DNA of 64,000 bases, from assembly GCA_034530875.2 (NCBI GenBank), contig JAVRCJ020000005.1, forward strand, positions 96,001-160,000, given 5' to 3'. Below are positions 49,081 through 59,684 of this stretch, in pieces (position 1 is the stretch's first letter; the number at the start of each line of letters is the position of its first letter). The notes beneath the pieces were generated by a model. The model was not told the origin of the DNA. It was given only the letters and a program-made list of their open reading frames with translations, and searched no databases. The DNA is from Nostoc sp. DedSLP01 (GTDB taxonomy: Bacteria; Cyanobacteriota; Cyanobacteriia; Cyanobacteriales; Nostocaceae). Made by a program: the position numbers and the translations under genes.

Positions 49081-50175
49081 TCAAGTTCTTTGAAGTTCTA
49101 AAAACGGATAATCAGTGTATCCTGTAGCGTCAGGTGCATAAAATGTTTTGGGATCTGGCGTATTTAACTGTGCATTCAGTTGTAAGCGTTTTGGTAAGTC
49201 AGGATTAGCAAGATATAGCTTGCCAAAAGAAACTAAATCTGCGTTATTGTTAGCTAGAATACTATCTCCTTTCGAGCGATCGTAGCCACCATTTGTAATT
49301 AAAGTACCTTGGAAGATTTGCCGATAGTAAGGCGTTAGAGGATTCATGACTTGGCGATTTGCTAAATCGACTTCGTTAGGTTCCATCAGGTGGAGATATG
49401 CTAATCCAAAGTGGTTGAGAGCATTGATAGCATAACTAAATGTTTCTTGAGGATTAGAGTCATACATTCCGTAAAAAGTATTACTTGGTGAAAGCTTAAT
49501 CCCAACACGGTTTTCACCCCAAACACTAGCGACTGCTTCCACAACTTCTAATAAAAATCGGCTGCGATTTTCTATTGAACCGCCATATTCATCTGTGCGT
49601 TGGTTAGAACCATCTTGTAGGAATTGATCGATTAAATAGCCAAAAGCGCCGTGAAGCTCAATTCCATCAAAGCCAGCTGCTAAAGCATTTTTAGCACCTT
49701 GGCGGAATTGTTCGACTATTTCGGCAATTTCCTTAGTTTCCAAAGCGCGGGGAGTTTCTAACGATACTTTACCTATGGGAGCGTGGAGCGAGCCAACGCC
49801 CGCGATCGCACTTGGAGCAACTGGTAATTTTCCACCGAGTAAAGCAGGGTGAGAAACCCTACCAGAATGCCAAAGTTGCAGAAAGATTCTACCACCTTCT
49901 TGATGGACTGCATCAGTTATTAACCGCCATCCAGCCACTTGCTCATCTGAGTAAATTCCTGGGCAATTGATGTATCCCAGGCTCAAAGGTGACACCATCG
50001 TACATTCAGTAACAATTAAGCCTGCGCTGGCGCGTTGGGCGTAATAAGTTGCCATCAACGAGTTAGGAATATTGTCAATCGCCCGCAAACGAGTCATGGG
50101 CGCCATTACAATCCTGTTCGGCAGAGTATAAGGGCCAAGCTGAACTGCTGTGAAAAGATTGATATTGGAATTCAT
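49081..50175 (-). CDS. Old-yellow-enzyme family alkene reductase (NemA-like)
   Basis: NRIVMAPMTR, QLWHSGR, GFDGIELHGAFGYLIDQF, NQRTDEYGGS and GYTDYP motifs. Confidence 0.94.
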   Translation of the reverse strand: MNSNINLFTAVQLGPYTLPNRIVMAPMTRLRAIDNIPNSLMATYYAQRASAGLIVTECTMVSPLSLGYINCPGIYSDEQVAGWRLITDAVHQEGGRIFLQLWHSGRVSHPALLGGKLPVAPSAIAGVGSLHAPIGKVSLETPRALETKEIAEIVEQFRQGAKNALAAGFDGIELHGAFGYLIDQFLQDGSNQRTDEYGGSIENRSRFLLEVVEAVASVWGENRVGIKLSPSNTFYGMYDSNPQETFSYAINALNHFGLAYLHLMEPNEVDLANRQVMNPLTPYYRQIFQGTLITNGGYDRSKGDSILANNNADLVSFGKLYLANPDLPKRLQLNAQLNTPDPKTFYAPDATGYTDYPFLELQRT

Positions 50176-50294
50176 TGCTTAAATTTCCATTGGTAGATTA
50201 GCAGCCTATTTTGTATTGAGAATTGGGCATAAGGGCAGAGGGGAAAGACTTACTGCTACTTCCCCTGTACTCTTGTGCTTTGGGTTCCCTTCTT

Positions 50295-51605
50295 CTAAAA
50301 TTCTGGAGCGATCGCTACACCATCGGTTAGATTCAGCAGTCCTGAGATAATAATTTTATCTTCTGGCTGTAATCCTTCAAGCACTTGATAATTATTGCCT
50401 TTAATTTGACCTAGTTTTACTCGCTTTTGCCGGGCTACTTGTTGAGATACGCCTTGGGGAGACTTTTCAGTTTCAGCTACATACACAAAAGTTTCTCCAC
50501 CAACGCGAGTCACTGCTGCTGTTGGAATTAAAATTCCAGGACGTTGATTCCAAATAACTCTAGCCCTGGCCAATTGATTTGCACGTGCCTGACCTTTAGA
50601 GTTATTAAACAGTGCTTTAATTAGTATTCCTTGTGTTTCATTACTGGTATTAGGCGCAATGTAAAACACTCTAGTTCTACCCAAGTTTTGACCTTGTGTG
50701 TTCATAACTTCCACGGGCATCCCTTCACGCAACAGTGATTTTCGCTGTGGAGGAACGGAAATTCTAACTTCTAAAGGTTGATTTTGCATTAAGGTGGCTA
50801 GTGGCGTGGAAGTATTAACCAAATCGCCCACTTTTACGGAGATTTCGCCAACTGTACCAGCAAAGGGAGCAGTAATTTTTTCGTACCGCACTTGTGGCTG
50901 CTTCGGATTTACATTAGCTTGCTGTAAGGATTTTTCAGCTTGTAAAATATTAGCTCGTTGGGCTTGAATCCTAGAATCAATTACATTGAGATTAGTTTTG
51001 GCGGCGGCGAGTCTAGTAGCATACTGATTGCTAGCCAGTCGAGATACTGCTCCTTGTTGAGCTAAGTCGAAATACTTTTCGTATTCCTGTTGGGCAAGTT
51101 GCACATTAGTAACGTAAGATGCCCGTTCTGCTTCCAAAGATTGGAGTGTAGCGCGGGCGTTGGCTAGTCGCTCTAAAAATGCCTGAGATACAGGATTAAT
51201 TCCATTAACTCCTGCTTGTTGCGGTCTGGAGTCTACTACGAGAATTGCCGAGCCTTGTACTACTGAATCTCCAGCTTTGACAAACATCTGCGCGATTTGA
51301 CCTGGAATCGCGGGTCTGAGGTTAACTGAGCGCTGGGACTCTAGGCTAGCAATAAAATCTGAACTTTCCTCAATGATGCCGCTTTGTACTGTGGATATTT
51401 TGACCCTTACCCCTTGAGGTTGAACATTTGCAGTTGAAGGTGCTGAATTTTGTGGAGTCAGCAAACGCCAAACTATAGTTACTCCGCCTCCTAATAATAG
51501 TGCAGCTAAAAATAACCAAAGCCACCGCCGTTTTTTTGGAGGTGGCTCATAAGAGGTTTGTGAAGAATTTTCTCCAAAATCAGTTTCAGGCTGTGGGGAT
51601 GTCAT
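50295..51605 (-). CDS. RND efflux periplasmic adaptor (MFP) subunit
   Basis: N-terminal TM, VKAGDSV, coiled-coil hairpin, ITAPFAG and V.EGL..EDKII motifs; start MTSPQ chosen. Confidence 0.9.
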   Translation of the reverse strand: MTSPQPETDFGENSSQTSYEPPPKKRRWLWLFLAALLLGGGVTIVWRLLTPQNSAPSTANVQPQGVRVKISTVQSGIIEESSDFIASLESQRSVNLRPAIPGQIAQMFVKAGDSVVQGSAILVVDSRPQQAGVNGINPVSQAFLERLANARATLQSLEAERASYVTNVQLAQQEYEKYFDLAQQGAVSRLASNQYATRLAAAKTNLNVIDSRIQAQRANILQAEKSLQQANVNPKQPQVRYEKITAPFAGTVGEISVKVGDLVNTSTPLATLMQNQPLEVRISVPPQRKSLLREGMPVEVMNTQGQNLGRTRVFYIAPNTSNETQGILIKALFNNSKGQARANQLARARVIWNQRPGILIPTAAVTRVGGETFVYVAETEKSPQGVSQQVARQKRVKLGQIKGNNYQVLEGLQPEDKIIISGLLNLTDGVAIAPEF

Positions 51606-51980
51606 AGCTGATAAGGAATTAAGGAACAATTAACTAAAACTCAATGGAAATTTTCAGTAGACACACATAATTAAACTTCAAGTATCAATGACTGAAATCT
51701 CGTTGGTGACAAGCTTTTAGCTTCTGTCTTCAGCATAGCTGCCTTCTGACTTCTACATTATATATAGATACGAAAATTACTAATTTAGCATGATGTTTTA
51801 TGGCAAGTTTTGTATTATACAATCCAAATATACTGTTTTGATAATTCTGTCTCACTCTACCAAAAGGTGAGTAAACTAGCCACAGGTAATAGAGACAGGG
51901 CGCAGGGGGCAGGGGGCAAGAGGTAGTTGTTGCTGGAGGGAAAAGAAGAATATCTATATTTAATTCTCCAGTTGTCTACT

Positions 51981-52955
51981 TCATTTATTTGCAAACTGCT
52001 GTATATTTTGCTCGGAACTATTTAACATAGACGATATCAACATTTGTTCAAAAGCTTTGGAAAGAGCAGTTTGAAAACGCTGACGATGCTTGATTTTGAA
52101 AAAAGGTCGAACTATTTCGACGATGGCATTCTCTGGTTGTCTGTCATCAATAACTTTAATTGCGCGTAAAGTTCCCAACTGGATTTCTTTTTTTACCATC
52201 AACTCAGAAATTCCAGTTGCACCAACGCCGTTTTCAATGGCTGCTTTTGCCATCTCGCCGCTAGCGAACACTAAAATTATATTTAGTTCGCCGAGATTAA
52301 TTCCCCAATTGAGCAACGCTTCCTCAAACCTTTGCTGGGTTCCAGATTCGGGTACTCGCATTACCCAAGGAGTTTGAGTCAGCTGGCTTAACTCGATTTC
52401 TCCTTGCTCAAACCAAGGATGTTTTTCACCTACGACAATTTGTAAGCGATCGCTCCCCACAATTTCGTACTCTAAAGTAGTTTGCAGCGCTGGCTTGACA
52501 TCTCCTTCCACCAAACCCAAATCAAACTGTCCCATTGCAGTACCTACACAAATTGTTTCAGCGTTAGCCAGGGTACAGTCAATTTGGATACCAGGATATT
52601 GGCTCTTAAATTCACTAATCTTACTTGGTAGCCAATAATTACCAATTGTCAGACTCGATCCTAATTTCAACTCACCCCGTTGCAGATTATTCAATTCCCG
52701 CAACCCCCTTTCTGTCAATGAGACTTGATCGAGGATTTTCTTCGCCTCCACTTGCAGTAACTTCCCAGCCTCAGCAATCTCAATATGACGACCAATCCGA
52801 TGGAACAATTTGACCCCGTACTCTTGTTCTAAGTTCTGAATCGCTGCACTGACGGCTGGCTGTGTAATATAAAGTTCTTCTGCTGCCCGAGTAAAGTGTA
52901 AGTGCTGCGCCACAGCCATAAATATTTTTAGCTGTTCAAGCGTCATTCCTGCCAT
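51981..52955 (-). CDS. LysR family transcriptional regulator (CysL-like)
   Basis: FTRAAEELYITQPAVS HTH; GSSLTIGNYWLP substrate-binding domain. Confidence 0.94.
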   Translation of the reverse strand: MAGMTLEQLKIFMAVAQHLHFTRAAEELYITQPAVSAAIQNLEQEYGVKLFHRIGRHIEIAEAGKLLQVEAKKILDQVSLTERGLRELNNLQRGELKLGSSLTIGNYWLPSKISEFKSQYPGIQIDCTLANAETICVGTAMGQFDLGLVEGDVKPALQTTLEYEIVGSDRLQIVVGEKHPWFEQGEIELSQLTQTPWVMRVPESGTQQRFEEALLNWGINLGELNIILVFASGEMAKAAIENGVGATGISELMVKKEIQLGTLRAIKVIDDRQPENAIVEIVRPFFKIKHRQRFQTALSKAFEQMLISSMLNSSEQNIQQFANK

Positions 52956-53198
52956 TGATGATATTCCTAAAACTTGGTGTCAAAATTTTAATCACTTTCA
53001 TTTATCATTTTGACAAAAAAAAGCATTTGATTCTATCGTTTAGTTTGCCTAAAGTATAAATCAAAGCTTTCTACGTAGTTATTGGTCATTGGTTATTGGT
53101 CATTAGTGATTATTCATTAGTTATTTGTAAATAGATTGATGCCCTATGCCATTTGCCCCATACCCAATTACCAAGTATCAAAATAAGGACTTGTACAG

Positions 53199-53897
53199 AT
53201 GAGCGGTTTAGCCACTGCAATTACCACAGGAATCACGGCATTCAGTGCCACCAATATTGACGATATTGTGATTTTGACTTTGCTTTTTTCACAAGTAAAT
53301 AAAACTTTCCGCAGTCGTCACATTATTGCCGGTCAGTATCTTGGTTTTGCTGCACTGATTGCCGCTAGCCTTCCAGGTTTTTTGGGTGGACTAATTATAC
53401 CGCAGTCGTGGATTAGACTACTTGGTTTAATGCCAATAATTATTGGTATGAGTAGTTTACTCAAACGCGAAGAGGATTCACAAGACGAAGCTACAGAAGA
53501 AACTGAGCCTGCTTGTCCCTCTGTAATTAGCAGTTTTCTCTCTCCCCAAACATGTAATGTAGCTGCGATCGCCTTTGCTAATGGTAGTGATAATATCAGC
53601 GTTTACGTACCTTTATTTGCCAACTCGGAATTAGAAACTCTATTGCCAATTTTGGGCGTATTCTTTTCTTTGGTGGGCGTCTGGTGTTATACAGCTTACA
53701 AGTTAACTTATTTACCAGCGATCGCTCAATTTTTAACTGAGAATGGCAAGAGTTTTATGCCTTGTATCTTGGTTGGCTTGGGTGTGTTTATTGTCTCAGA
53801 AAATGTTGCTTGGACTCTTTTATCTGTAGTTTCTAGTTATTTATTTTCCTTTATTTTGAACAGGGTACAGAATTGTGGAGTCAGAATAGTTGAATAA
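53199..53897 (+). CDS. CadD-family (cadmium resistance) transporter
   Basis: FSATNIDDIVIL, GQYLGF and ANGSDNISVYVPLF motifs; divergent from LysR. Confidence 0.9.
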   Translation: MSGLATAITTGITAFSATNIDDIVILTLLFSQVNKTFRSRHIIAGQYLGFAALIAASLPGFLGGLIIPQSWIRLLGLMPIIIGMSSLLKREEDSQDEATEETEPACPSVISSFLSPQTCNVAAIAFANGSDNISVYVPLFANSELETLLPILGVFFSLVGVWCYTAYKLTYLPAIAQFLTENGKSFMPCILVGLGVFIVSENVAWTLLSVVSSYLFSFILNRVQNCGVRIVE

Positions 53898-54101
53898 GAA
53901 ACCAGAATTCAGAAGTCAGAACTAATGAGTTTAGATTGAGAATTGCTTATCGATCTACCAGGAACTACAAATTCAATTGAAAAACTCTTGAATCTGACAC
54001 CTTTATCTATTTGAACAATCAACTAAGTATTTGATAGATAAGTAGATTATGCATCATAACAATCTGTAAAATTATGACTTTTTAATTCTGAATTTTTCTC
54101 A

Positions 54102-54238
54102 AAACAATCGGGTCTAAAATCTCCCCTTTTAAGGCGAAAAGTTTTGGGAATGGGGTATAAATCCTCGTTACAAAACGGCCTTCTGCCGACGCTCGCGGAC
54201 TCGCTAACGCTGCGCTATCCTGCCTCCTGCCTTCGTTA
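54102..54238 (+). repeat. Dispersed repeat copy 2 (copy 1 at 8837-8943) with ~30-nt nested insertion
   Basis: Same blocks as 8837-8943; extra GACGCTCGCGGACTCGCTAACGCTGCGCTA at about 54188-54217. Confidence 0.85.
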
Positions 54239-54281
54239 AAACACTCTTCCAAATGAAATATTCATCAACAGGAATCTAATC

Positions 54282-54938
54282 ATGAAAATCTGGAAATCTC
54301 TGCTAATTGTTTTGATGATTTTTGCTAATTTAGCCTTTGCTCAACCTTCTTTTGCTGATAGGCCAAAATTTAGCGAAAACCCTGATTATGTCGAGGTTAC
54401 CAAAGCAATTAAGCAACTCACTCAGGCAAAAAAAGCCAAAAATCAACTCGTAGGTGTTACACCAGGAGAAATTCAACAGAAAATTGATGAATTAGAATTT
54501 CAAAAATATGCTTTAGAGACAGGAAGTAGCTGGGGTCAATGCGAGAACTACACAGGTAATACTATTGCAGTATACGGCAAACCAGCAAATGAGGAACTGG
54601 ATGATGATGCTGCATACGAGAATGGACTGTATTTTCTAGCCGATGGTCAGTCAACTCAAAATAACTGGGATTGTGATGGATTCTATCTGCCAAATGATGC
54701 GAAGCTTGCAGCTTTCACCCCAGACGGTAAAACTCAAGAATTGACACAACCGACAGCTATAAAAATACCTGATGGTAGCAAGTTAACGATTAAAAGCAAT
54801 CCTGATACTGGTGCGCTGGAAATCAACATTCCTAATGCTCAAATTGTCACAGCTAATGATGTGAACTGGTTTATTCCGAATGTAGCGCAGGCTTTAATAG
54901 ATACACGAGTTCCTAATGCGCCTACCCAAGAATCTTAA
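54282..54938 (+). CDS. Secreted conserved hypothetical protein
   Basis: Signal peptide ..AQPSFA; C.N.TG...AVYG and LYFLADGQST...WDCDG motifs; AGGA RBS. Confidence 0.82.
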   Translation: MKIWKSLLIVLMIFANLAFAQPSFADRPKFSENPDYVEVTKAIKQLTQAKKAKNQLVGVTPGEIQQKIDELEFQKYALETGSSWGQCENYTGNTIAVYGKPANEELDDDAAYENGLYFLADGQSTQNNWDCDGFYLPNDAKLAAFTPDGKTQELTQPTAIKIPDGSKLTIKSNPDTGALEINIPNAQIVTANDVNWFIPNVAQALIDTRVPNAPTQES

Positions 54939-55316
54939 ATCGCTCAACAGTAGATAGTTACTGCAATCTGGTTCTCAACGATTGCTCTCAAATTTAACAG
55001 GTTAACAGCCAAAATCAGAGATAAAAAAGCACGAGCTCTAGTGAAAAATCTCTCTGAGGTTGGCTGTTTTTTTTTATAAATTACTATTGACCGTTGCTTA
55101 AAAGATTGATTTTGATGTGGCATCGTAGCTGAGGTCACACTACTTGAGAAAAATCGAAAATTTCAGTTAAAATAAACCTAGAAAAAAATGTACGATCGCA
55201 ATAAATATATTTCACTAGCACAATTAGCGCGTTCAGTGCAAGTCATCTGGAAGGAGATTTGTTATCACTTTCGCGTTTTTTGGAGAGGTACATCTTTCGG
55301 CATAAAGGTATTATTA

Positions 55317-55745
55317 ATGCAGTTAAAATCTAAACCCACAGAAGAAAATAAAGAGCAAAAGAAACCAGGACGGCTGAATCCATCTCGCATCCGAGACCAC
55401 TTGGCAAATGAGCGTACATACCTGGCTTGGATGCGGACAGGGATTGCTCTTTTGGGTTTTGGTGTAGTCATTGTGCGCCTGCGGGCTTTCCAAATACCTT
55501 TAGTACCCCGTCCTGGCAATGGTTGGAAGTTAGGTTTAGTCTTCTCGCTGGTGGGTTTGATTACCGTGTGGCTGTCAACGGGACATTATTTTGCTGTCCG
55601 CCGCGATATTGAAGAAGATACTTACGAACCAACAGACCGCTGGGTGTTACTGTTCAGTTTGGCTGTGATGATTCTCGGTGCTGGAGTCATCTATTTTGTG
55701 TTTACAACTTCTTTAGATCCAACGAGTCCAATTATTGCTGAGTAA
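55317..55745 (+). CDS. YidH/DUF202 family membrane protein
   Basis: RDHLANERTYLAWMRTG motif, three TM helices; start set at ATG 55317. Confidence 0.9.
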   Translation: MQLKSKPTEENKEQKKPGRLNPSRIRDHLANERTYLAWMRTGIALLGFGVVIVRLRAFQIPLVPRPGNGWKLGLVFSLVGLITVWLSTGHYFAVRRDIEEDTYEPTDRWVLLFSLAVMILGAGVIYFVFTTSLDPTSPIIAE

Positions 55746-55861
55746 GTAGGGCGACGGAAATAAAGCTAATTGGCTGTGATTGTCATTAGTCATTGAGATA
55801 CTGAATTCTGACTCCTAAATTCTGAAGTCTGAATTCTGACTCCTGACTCCTGAATTCCTCT

Positions 55862-56584
55862 TTAAAACCGCACTTTATACAACTCGAATAATTCGCCTGA
55901 TTTCTGGGTTATGATTTTAGCGCCAGCAGCTTTAATTGTTTTTTCCCACTCAGCTAGAGGTTCTAAAAATACCTCAGCACCTAAATAAGTTTCCAGAACT
56001 GCCCAATCTTCAGCTAAAGGCTGTTCTGGATTGAGGACATCAAATACAAAATTTCCGCCTGGTTTTAGGACTCGTTTCACTTCTGTGAGGACAGTCTTCC
56101 AGTATTCGAGTGGAAAATAACAGCTAAATCCCGTGGCGATCGCCAAGTCAAATTGAGCCGATGAATAGTTTAGATCGTGAGCTGCTCCCAATTCAACACC
56201 TTTAAATAGCTTAGAATTCAACTGCGGGCCGCGAGAATTGAGAATATCTCGCGCTACATTACTGATTTCTTGCCCATAAAAAAATGCTTGCCAATCTCGC
56301 CAAGGATAAATTAACAAACTGACACCGCAGCCAATATCCAAACAGTGCTGATTTTTTTGAGGTTTGGCAACTTCCCAAAACGGAGAAGCAATTCTGCCGG
56401 AAAAATTGCCACTAGCCCACTCGCGAAAGATTGGCATTGCTTGAACTTCGGCTGGGAGTTCGGCGTGTTGACCTTGGTATTCTCTGTTGAAGCGATAGGC
56501 AACTTGTGTTAATCTTTCTTGCCAGTTGCTTGATTTGTGGGTGGCAAAGAGATTTTGTAACTGGGAATCGGGCTTTTTAGACAT
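55862..56584 (-). CDS. Class I SAM-dependent methyltransferase
   Basis: LDIGCGVS, FDLA and RVLKPGG motifs. Confidence 0.9.
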   Translation of the reverse strand: MSKKPDSQLQNLFATHKSSNWQERLTQVAYRFNREYQGQHAELPAEVQAMPIFREWASGNFSGRIASPFWEVAKPQKNQHCLDIGCGVSLLIYPWRDWQAFFYGQEISNVARDILNSRGPQLNSKLFKGVELGAAHDLNYSSAQFDLAIATGFSCYFPLEYWKTVLTEVKRVLKPGGNFVFDVLNPEQPLAEDWAVLETYLGAEVFLEPLAEWEKTIKAAGAKIITQKSGELFELYKVRF

Positions 56585-56648
56585 GAAATTTTTGGTACTC
56601 TTTCTAAGGATTGTATGCAAATTCCCTTGGCGATCGCATCCCTATCAA

Positions 56649-56773
56649 TAGACTTCTTGCAGAAGTAGGGAAAAGGGTAAGGGGGAAAGGGAAAAGGGAT
56701 AAGAAAAAACGCTTTCCCTTTTACATGCATCCTTTTGCCCCAAGAGTGCAAAACTCTTTTTGCAAGAGGTCTA
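56649..56773. mobile_element. MITE-like element (~125 bp) with TAGAC(C/T)TCTTGCA termini and a purine/pyrimidine STRR interior
   Basis: TAGACTTCTTGCAGAAG (56649-65) / CTTTTTGCAAGAGGTCTA (56756-73). Confidence 0.7.
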
Positions 56774-56953
56774 ATATCCGATAAGTCAATACCGTTGAGT
56801 TAAGCTTTTTTCTCCTCCCCTGCCCCCTCTGCCCCCTTGCCCTTTTCCCTTCAACCTAAAAGTATTGCGAGTTTTTCCGACTTGCGATCGGTAACCAAGC
56901 TGCCAAAAACTGCTACTGTAATTTGATACAGCAACCTGCACGGAGAACCGAAT

Positions 56954-59479
56954 ATGACATCTCCAGAAACGGTTACATGGTTAGAAGAACGCACCACTTT
57001 CGGAAGTCTCTCACCTGAAGTGTTGAATGCGATCGCCCAAGCCATTGAAGAACGAGTTGTTCCAGCACAAGCACACCTTGTTGAAGAAGGCACTCCTCCA
57101 GAAGCACTTTACATTCTCATAGATGGTCAACTTGAGTGCGACAATACTAATCACCGCAACTCAGCTTTAGTTCGGGGATTTCTGCCTGGAGCAGTGATTC
57201 ACCTCCAAGAGTTAGTATTAGATGAATTAGCCACATTCACCATTGTCACCCTTACAGAATGCCATTTGTGGGTTGTACCTGCTGACAAATTTCGAGAATT
57301 AGTCAACCAATACCCAGAAATTGCTCAGGGTTTTTCCCGTCAATTAGCTCAAGAGTTAGCTCAAGTTACCTCTGCACTTGGCTACGAACAAGAACGTTCC
57401 ATAGCTTTGCGACCATATTTAGTTACCAAAGCGCAACGGGGAATTATCGGTACAAGTCGCTATGCAGTACGTCTGCGGGAGCAAATTCGAGAAGCCGCCA
57501 ATGACCGCAAATCTGTAGATATTTTCGGCGAACCAGGATTAGAAAAAGACAATATAGCAGCTTTAATTCACTTTGGTTCTCCCAAAAGACGAGAACCAAT
57601 TATTAAAGTCAATTGTGGTATTCTGCAAACCAGTGGTGCAGATTTATTTGGTCGCGTTGGCGGTAAACCAGGACTGTTGGAATGGCTGGGAGAAGGTACG
57701 CTAGTTTTCAACAACATCCAAGAATTACCCAAAGAGTTATTACCTGCTGTCACGGAGTTGGTAAAAACTGGTACATATACCCCCGTCACTCGTCCGGGAG
57801 AAGCAGAAGCCGAACCTCGTCCTAGTAAAGCGCGGATTCTGATCGTTTCGGAAAAAGCTCAGCCCACAATCGATCGCTCCGTTGGTCATATTATTAAAGT
57901 ACCGCCGCTACGAGTGCGAAAAGCTGATATTCAAGCCCAAGTAGACTACTATATCAGTCTCTACGTCCGCGCTAGAGGCGTTCCCAAACCGCACATTACC
58001 CCAGAAGCTTTGCGCCGTTTACAGTCTTACGATTTCCCTGGGAATCTCAAAGAATTAAAAAATCTGGTAGAAAGAGCGATCGTCCAAGCTGAAAATGCTA
58101 GCGAATTAACAGAAGAAATCTTTTGGCCAGCCGAAGCAAAGAAAAAAAGATTTCGAGCCAATCTTTTAAATGTTTATCCCAATTTACGCAAATTTTTGCG
58201 GAGTCCCTGGTGGCCGGATCGGATTAACTATGGTTTTACTGCAACGGCTTTTGCAATTATTGTGGCGATATTATTTATCGGCCCGCAAACCCGCGATCGC
58301 AATTTCGTTTTAAATTTATTTTGGGCTTGGTGGTGGCCTTTTTTCTTATTTCTCTTTCCTTTTTTAGGACGTATCTGGTGTTCTGTTTGTCCGTTCATGA
58401 TTTACGGAGAAATTACCCAAAAATTATCTTTATGGCTCTGGCCGCGAAAACTCAAACGCTGGCCGAGAGAGAAAGCCGAAAAATGGGGCGGATGGTTTCT
58501 GTTTGGGCTATTTACCTTAATTTTCTTATGGGAAGAACTCTGGCATTTAGAAAATACAGCTTACCTCAGCGCTTGTTTGCTATTATTAATTACCGCAGGA
58601 GCGATGATATTTTCTGCTATTTTCGAGCGCCGATTTTGGTGTCGATATCTCTGTCCCATTGGCGGCATGAATGGTTTATTTGCCAAACTTTCAATGACAG
58701 AACTTCGCGCACAGCAAGGCATTTGTTCTGCCAGTTGTACTACTTATCAATGCTATAAAGGAGGGCCGCAAAAAGGCGAAGGGATGGAAACTAATGGATG
58801 TCCCTTGTATTCTCACCCGGCGCAGTTAGAAGACAATAGAGATTGCGTCTTGTGCATGACTTGTCTTAAAGCTTGTCCCCATCGTTCCGTAGAATTTAAC
58901 TTGCGTCCTCCTGGTATTGAATTGTGGACAACCCATATACCCCACACTTATGAAGTAGCATTGTTGTTTTTGTTGTTAGGAGGAATATATCTGCATCGCT
59001 TGCCAGAGTTGCAATCTTGGTTAGGGTTACAACTAGATTTAACTAATTTTTGGCAACATTTAGGATTATCGCTGCTAGTGTTAATTATTCCGGCAGCTTT
59101 TGTCTTCGCTGCTTATGGGTTGCTGCGAATATTCAACTTTAACCGGAAGCCAAAACCATTTGTAGAGCTTGCATATAGCTATTTACCATTAGTTTTGGGG
59201 GGAAACTTGGCTCATTATCTGCGTTTAGGCTTAAGCGAAGGCGGACGCATTTTACCTGTGACTTTTGCTACTATTGGCTTGAATGGCGAACAATTACCAA
59301 TGTTAGTAGCTCATCCTGCTGTGATTAGCTTTTTACAAGGTGCAACTTTAATATTTTCGGTTTTATTAACGATATTATTAACGCAAAAAATTGCACGGCA
59401 ATCACTGATATCATTGCTTTGGCAACATTTAGCAGCGATCGCTTTGGGTGTTAGTATGTGGGCAATTATTGTGTTTTAA
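56954..59479 (+). CDS. cNMP-binding + degenerate sigma54-activator-type AAA+ + membrane 4Fe-4S (NapH/NosR-like) fusion protein
   Basis: N-terminal cNMP domain; GEPGLEKD, VPPLRVR and YDFPGNLKEL; membrane part with CSVCP, CRYLCP and CVLCMTCLKACP. Confidence 0.88.
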   Translation: MTSPETVTWLEERTTFGSLSPEVLNAIAQAIEERVVPAQAHLVEEGTPPEALYILIDGQLECDNTNHRNSALVRGFLPGAVIHLQELVLDELATFTIVTLTECHLWVVPADKFRELVNQYPEIAQGFSRQLAQELAQVTSALGYEQERSIALRPYLVTKAQRGIIGTSRYAVRLREQIREAANDRKSVDIFGEPGLEKDNIAALIHFGSPKRREPIIKVNCGILQTSGADLFGRVGGKPGLLEWLGEGTLVFNNIQELPKELLPAVTELVKTGTYTPVTRPGEAEAEPRPSKARILIVSEKAQPTIDRSVGHIIKVPPLRVRKADIQAQVDYYISLYVRARGVPKPHITPEALRRLQSYDFPGNLKELKNLVERAIVQAENASELTEEIFWPAEAKKKRFRANLLNVYPNLRKFLRSPWWPDRINYGFTATAFAIIVAILFIGPQTRDRNFVLNLFWAWWWPFFLFLFPFLGRIWCSVCPFMIYGEITQKLSLWLWPRKLKRWPREKAEKWGGWFLFGLFTLIFLWEELWHLENTAYLSACLLLLITAGAMIFSAIFERRFWCRYLCPIGGMNGLFAKLSMTELRAQQGICSASCTTYQCYKGGPQKGEGMETNGCPLYSHPAQLEDNRDCVLCMTCLKACPHRSVEFNLRPPGIELWTTHIPHTYEVALLFLLLGGIYLHRLPELQSWLGLQLDLTNFWQHLGLSLLVLIIPAAFVFAAYGLLRIFNFNRKPKPFVELAYSYLPLVLGGNLAHYLRLGLSEGGRILPVTFATIGLNGEQLPMLVAHPAVISFLQGATLIFSVLLTILLTQKIARQSLISLLWQHLAAIALGVSMWAIIVF

Positions 59480-59684
59480 GAGTTAGCCTGGAGCATTGCC
59501 AAAGCCACAAGCTTTGTGTGGTGATGCTCCTTTTGCTACTCTAATGCATTAAACCAGGCTTGTATCACTTTTTGCCGAAAATCATCACTATAAGCTTTAG
59601 CCATTGAAATGGGGGTAGACGCTATGGCAACTATTTTACTTTACGTCCTAACTTATGTGGCTATAGCTATAACTTTTAATGAGA

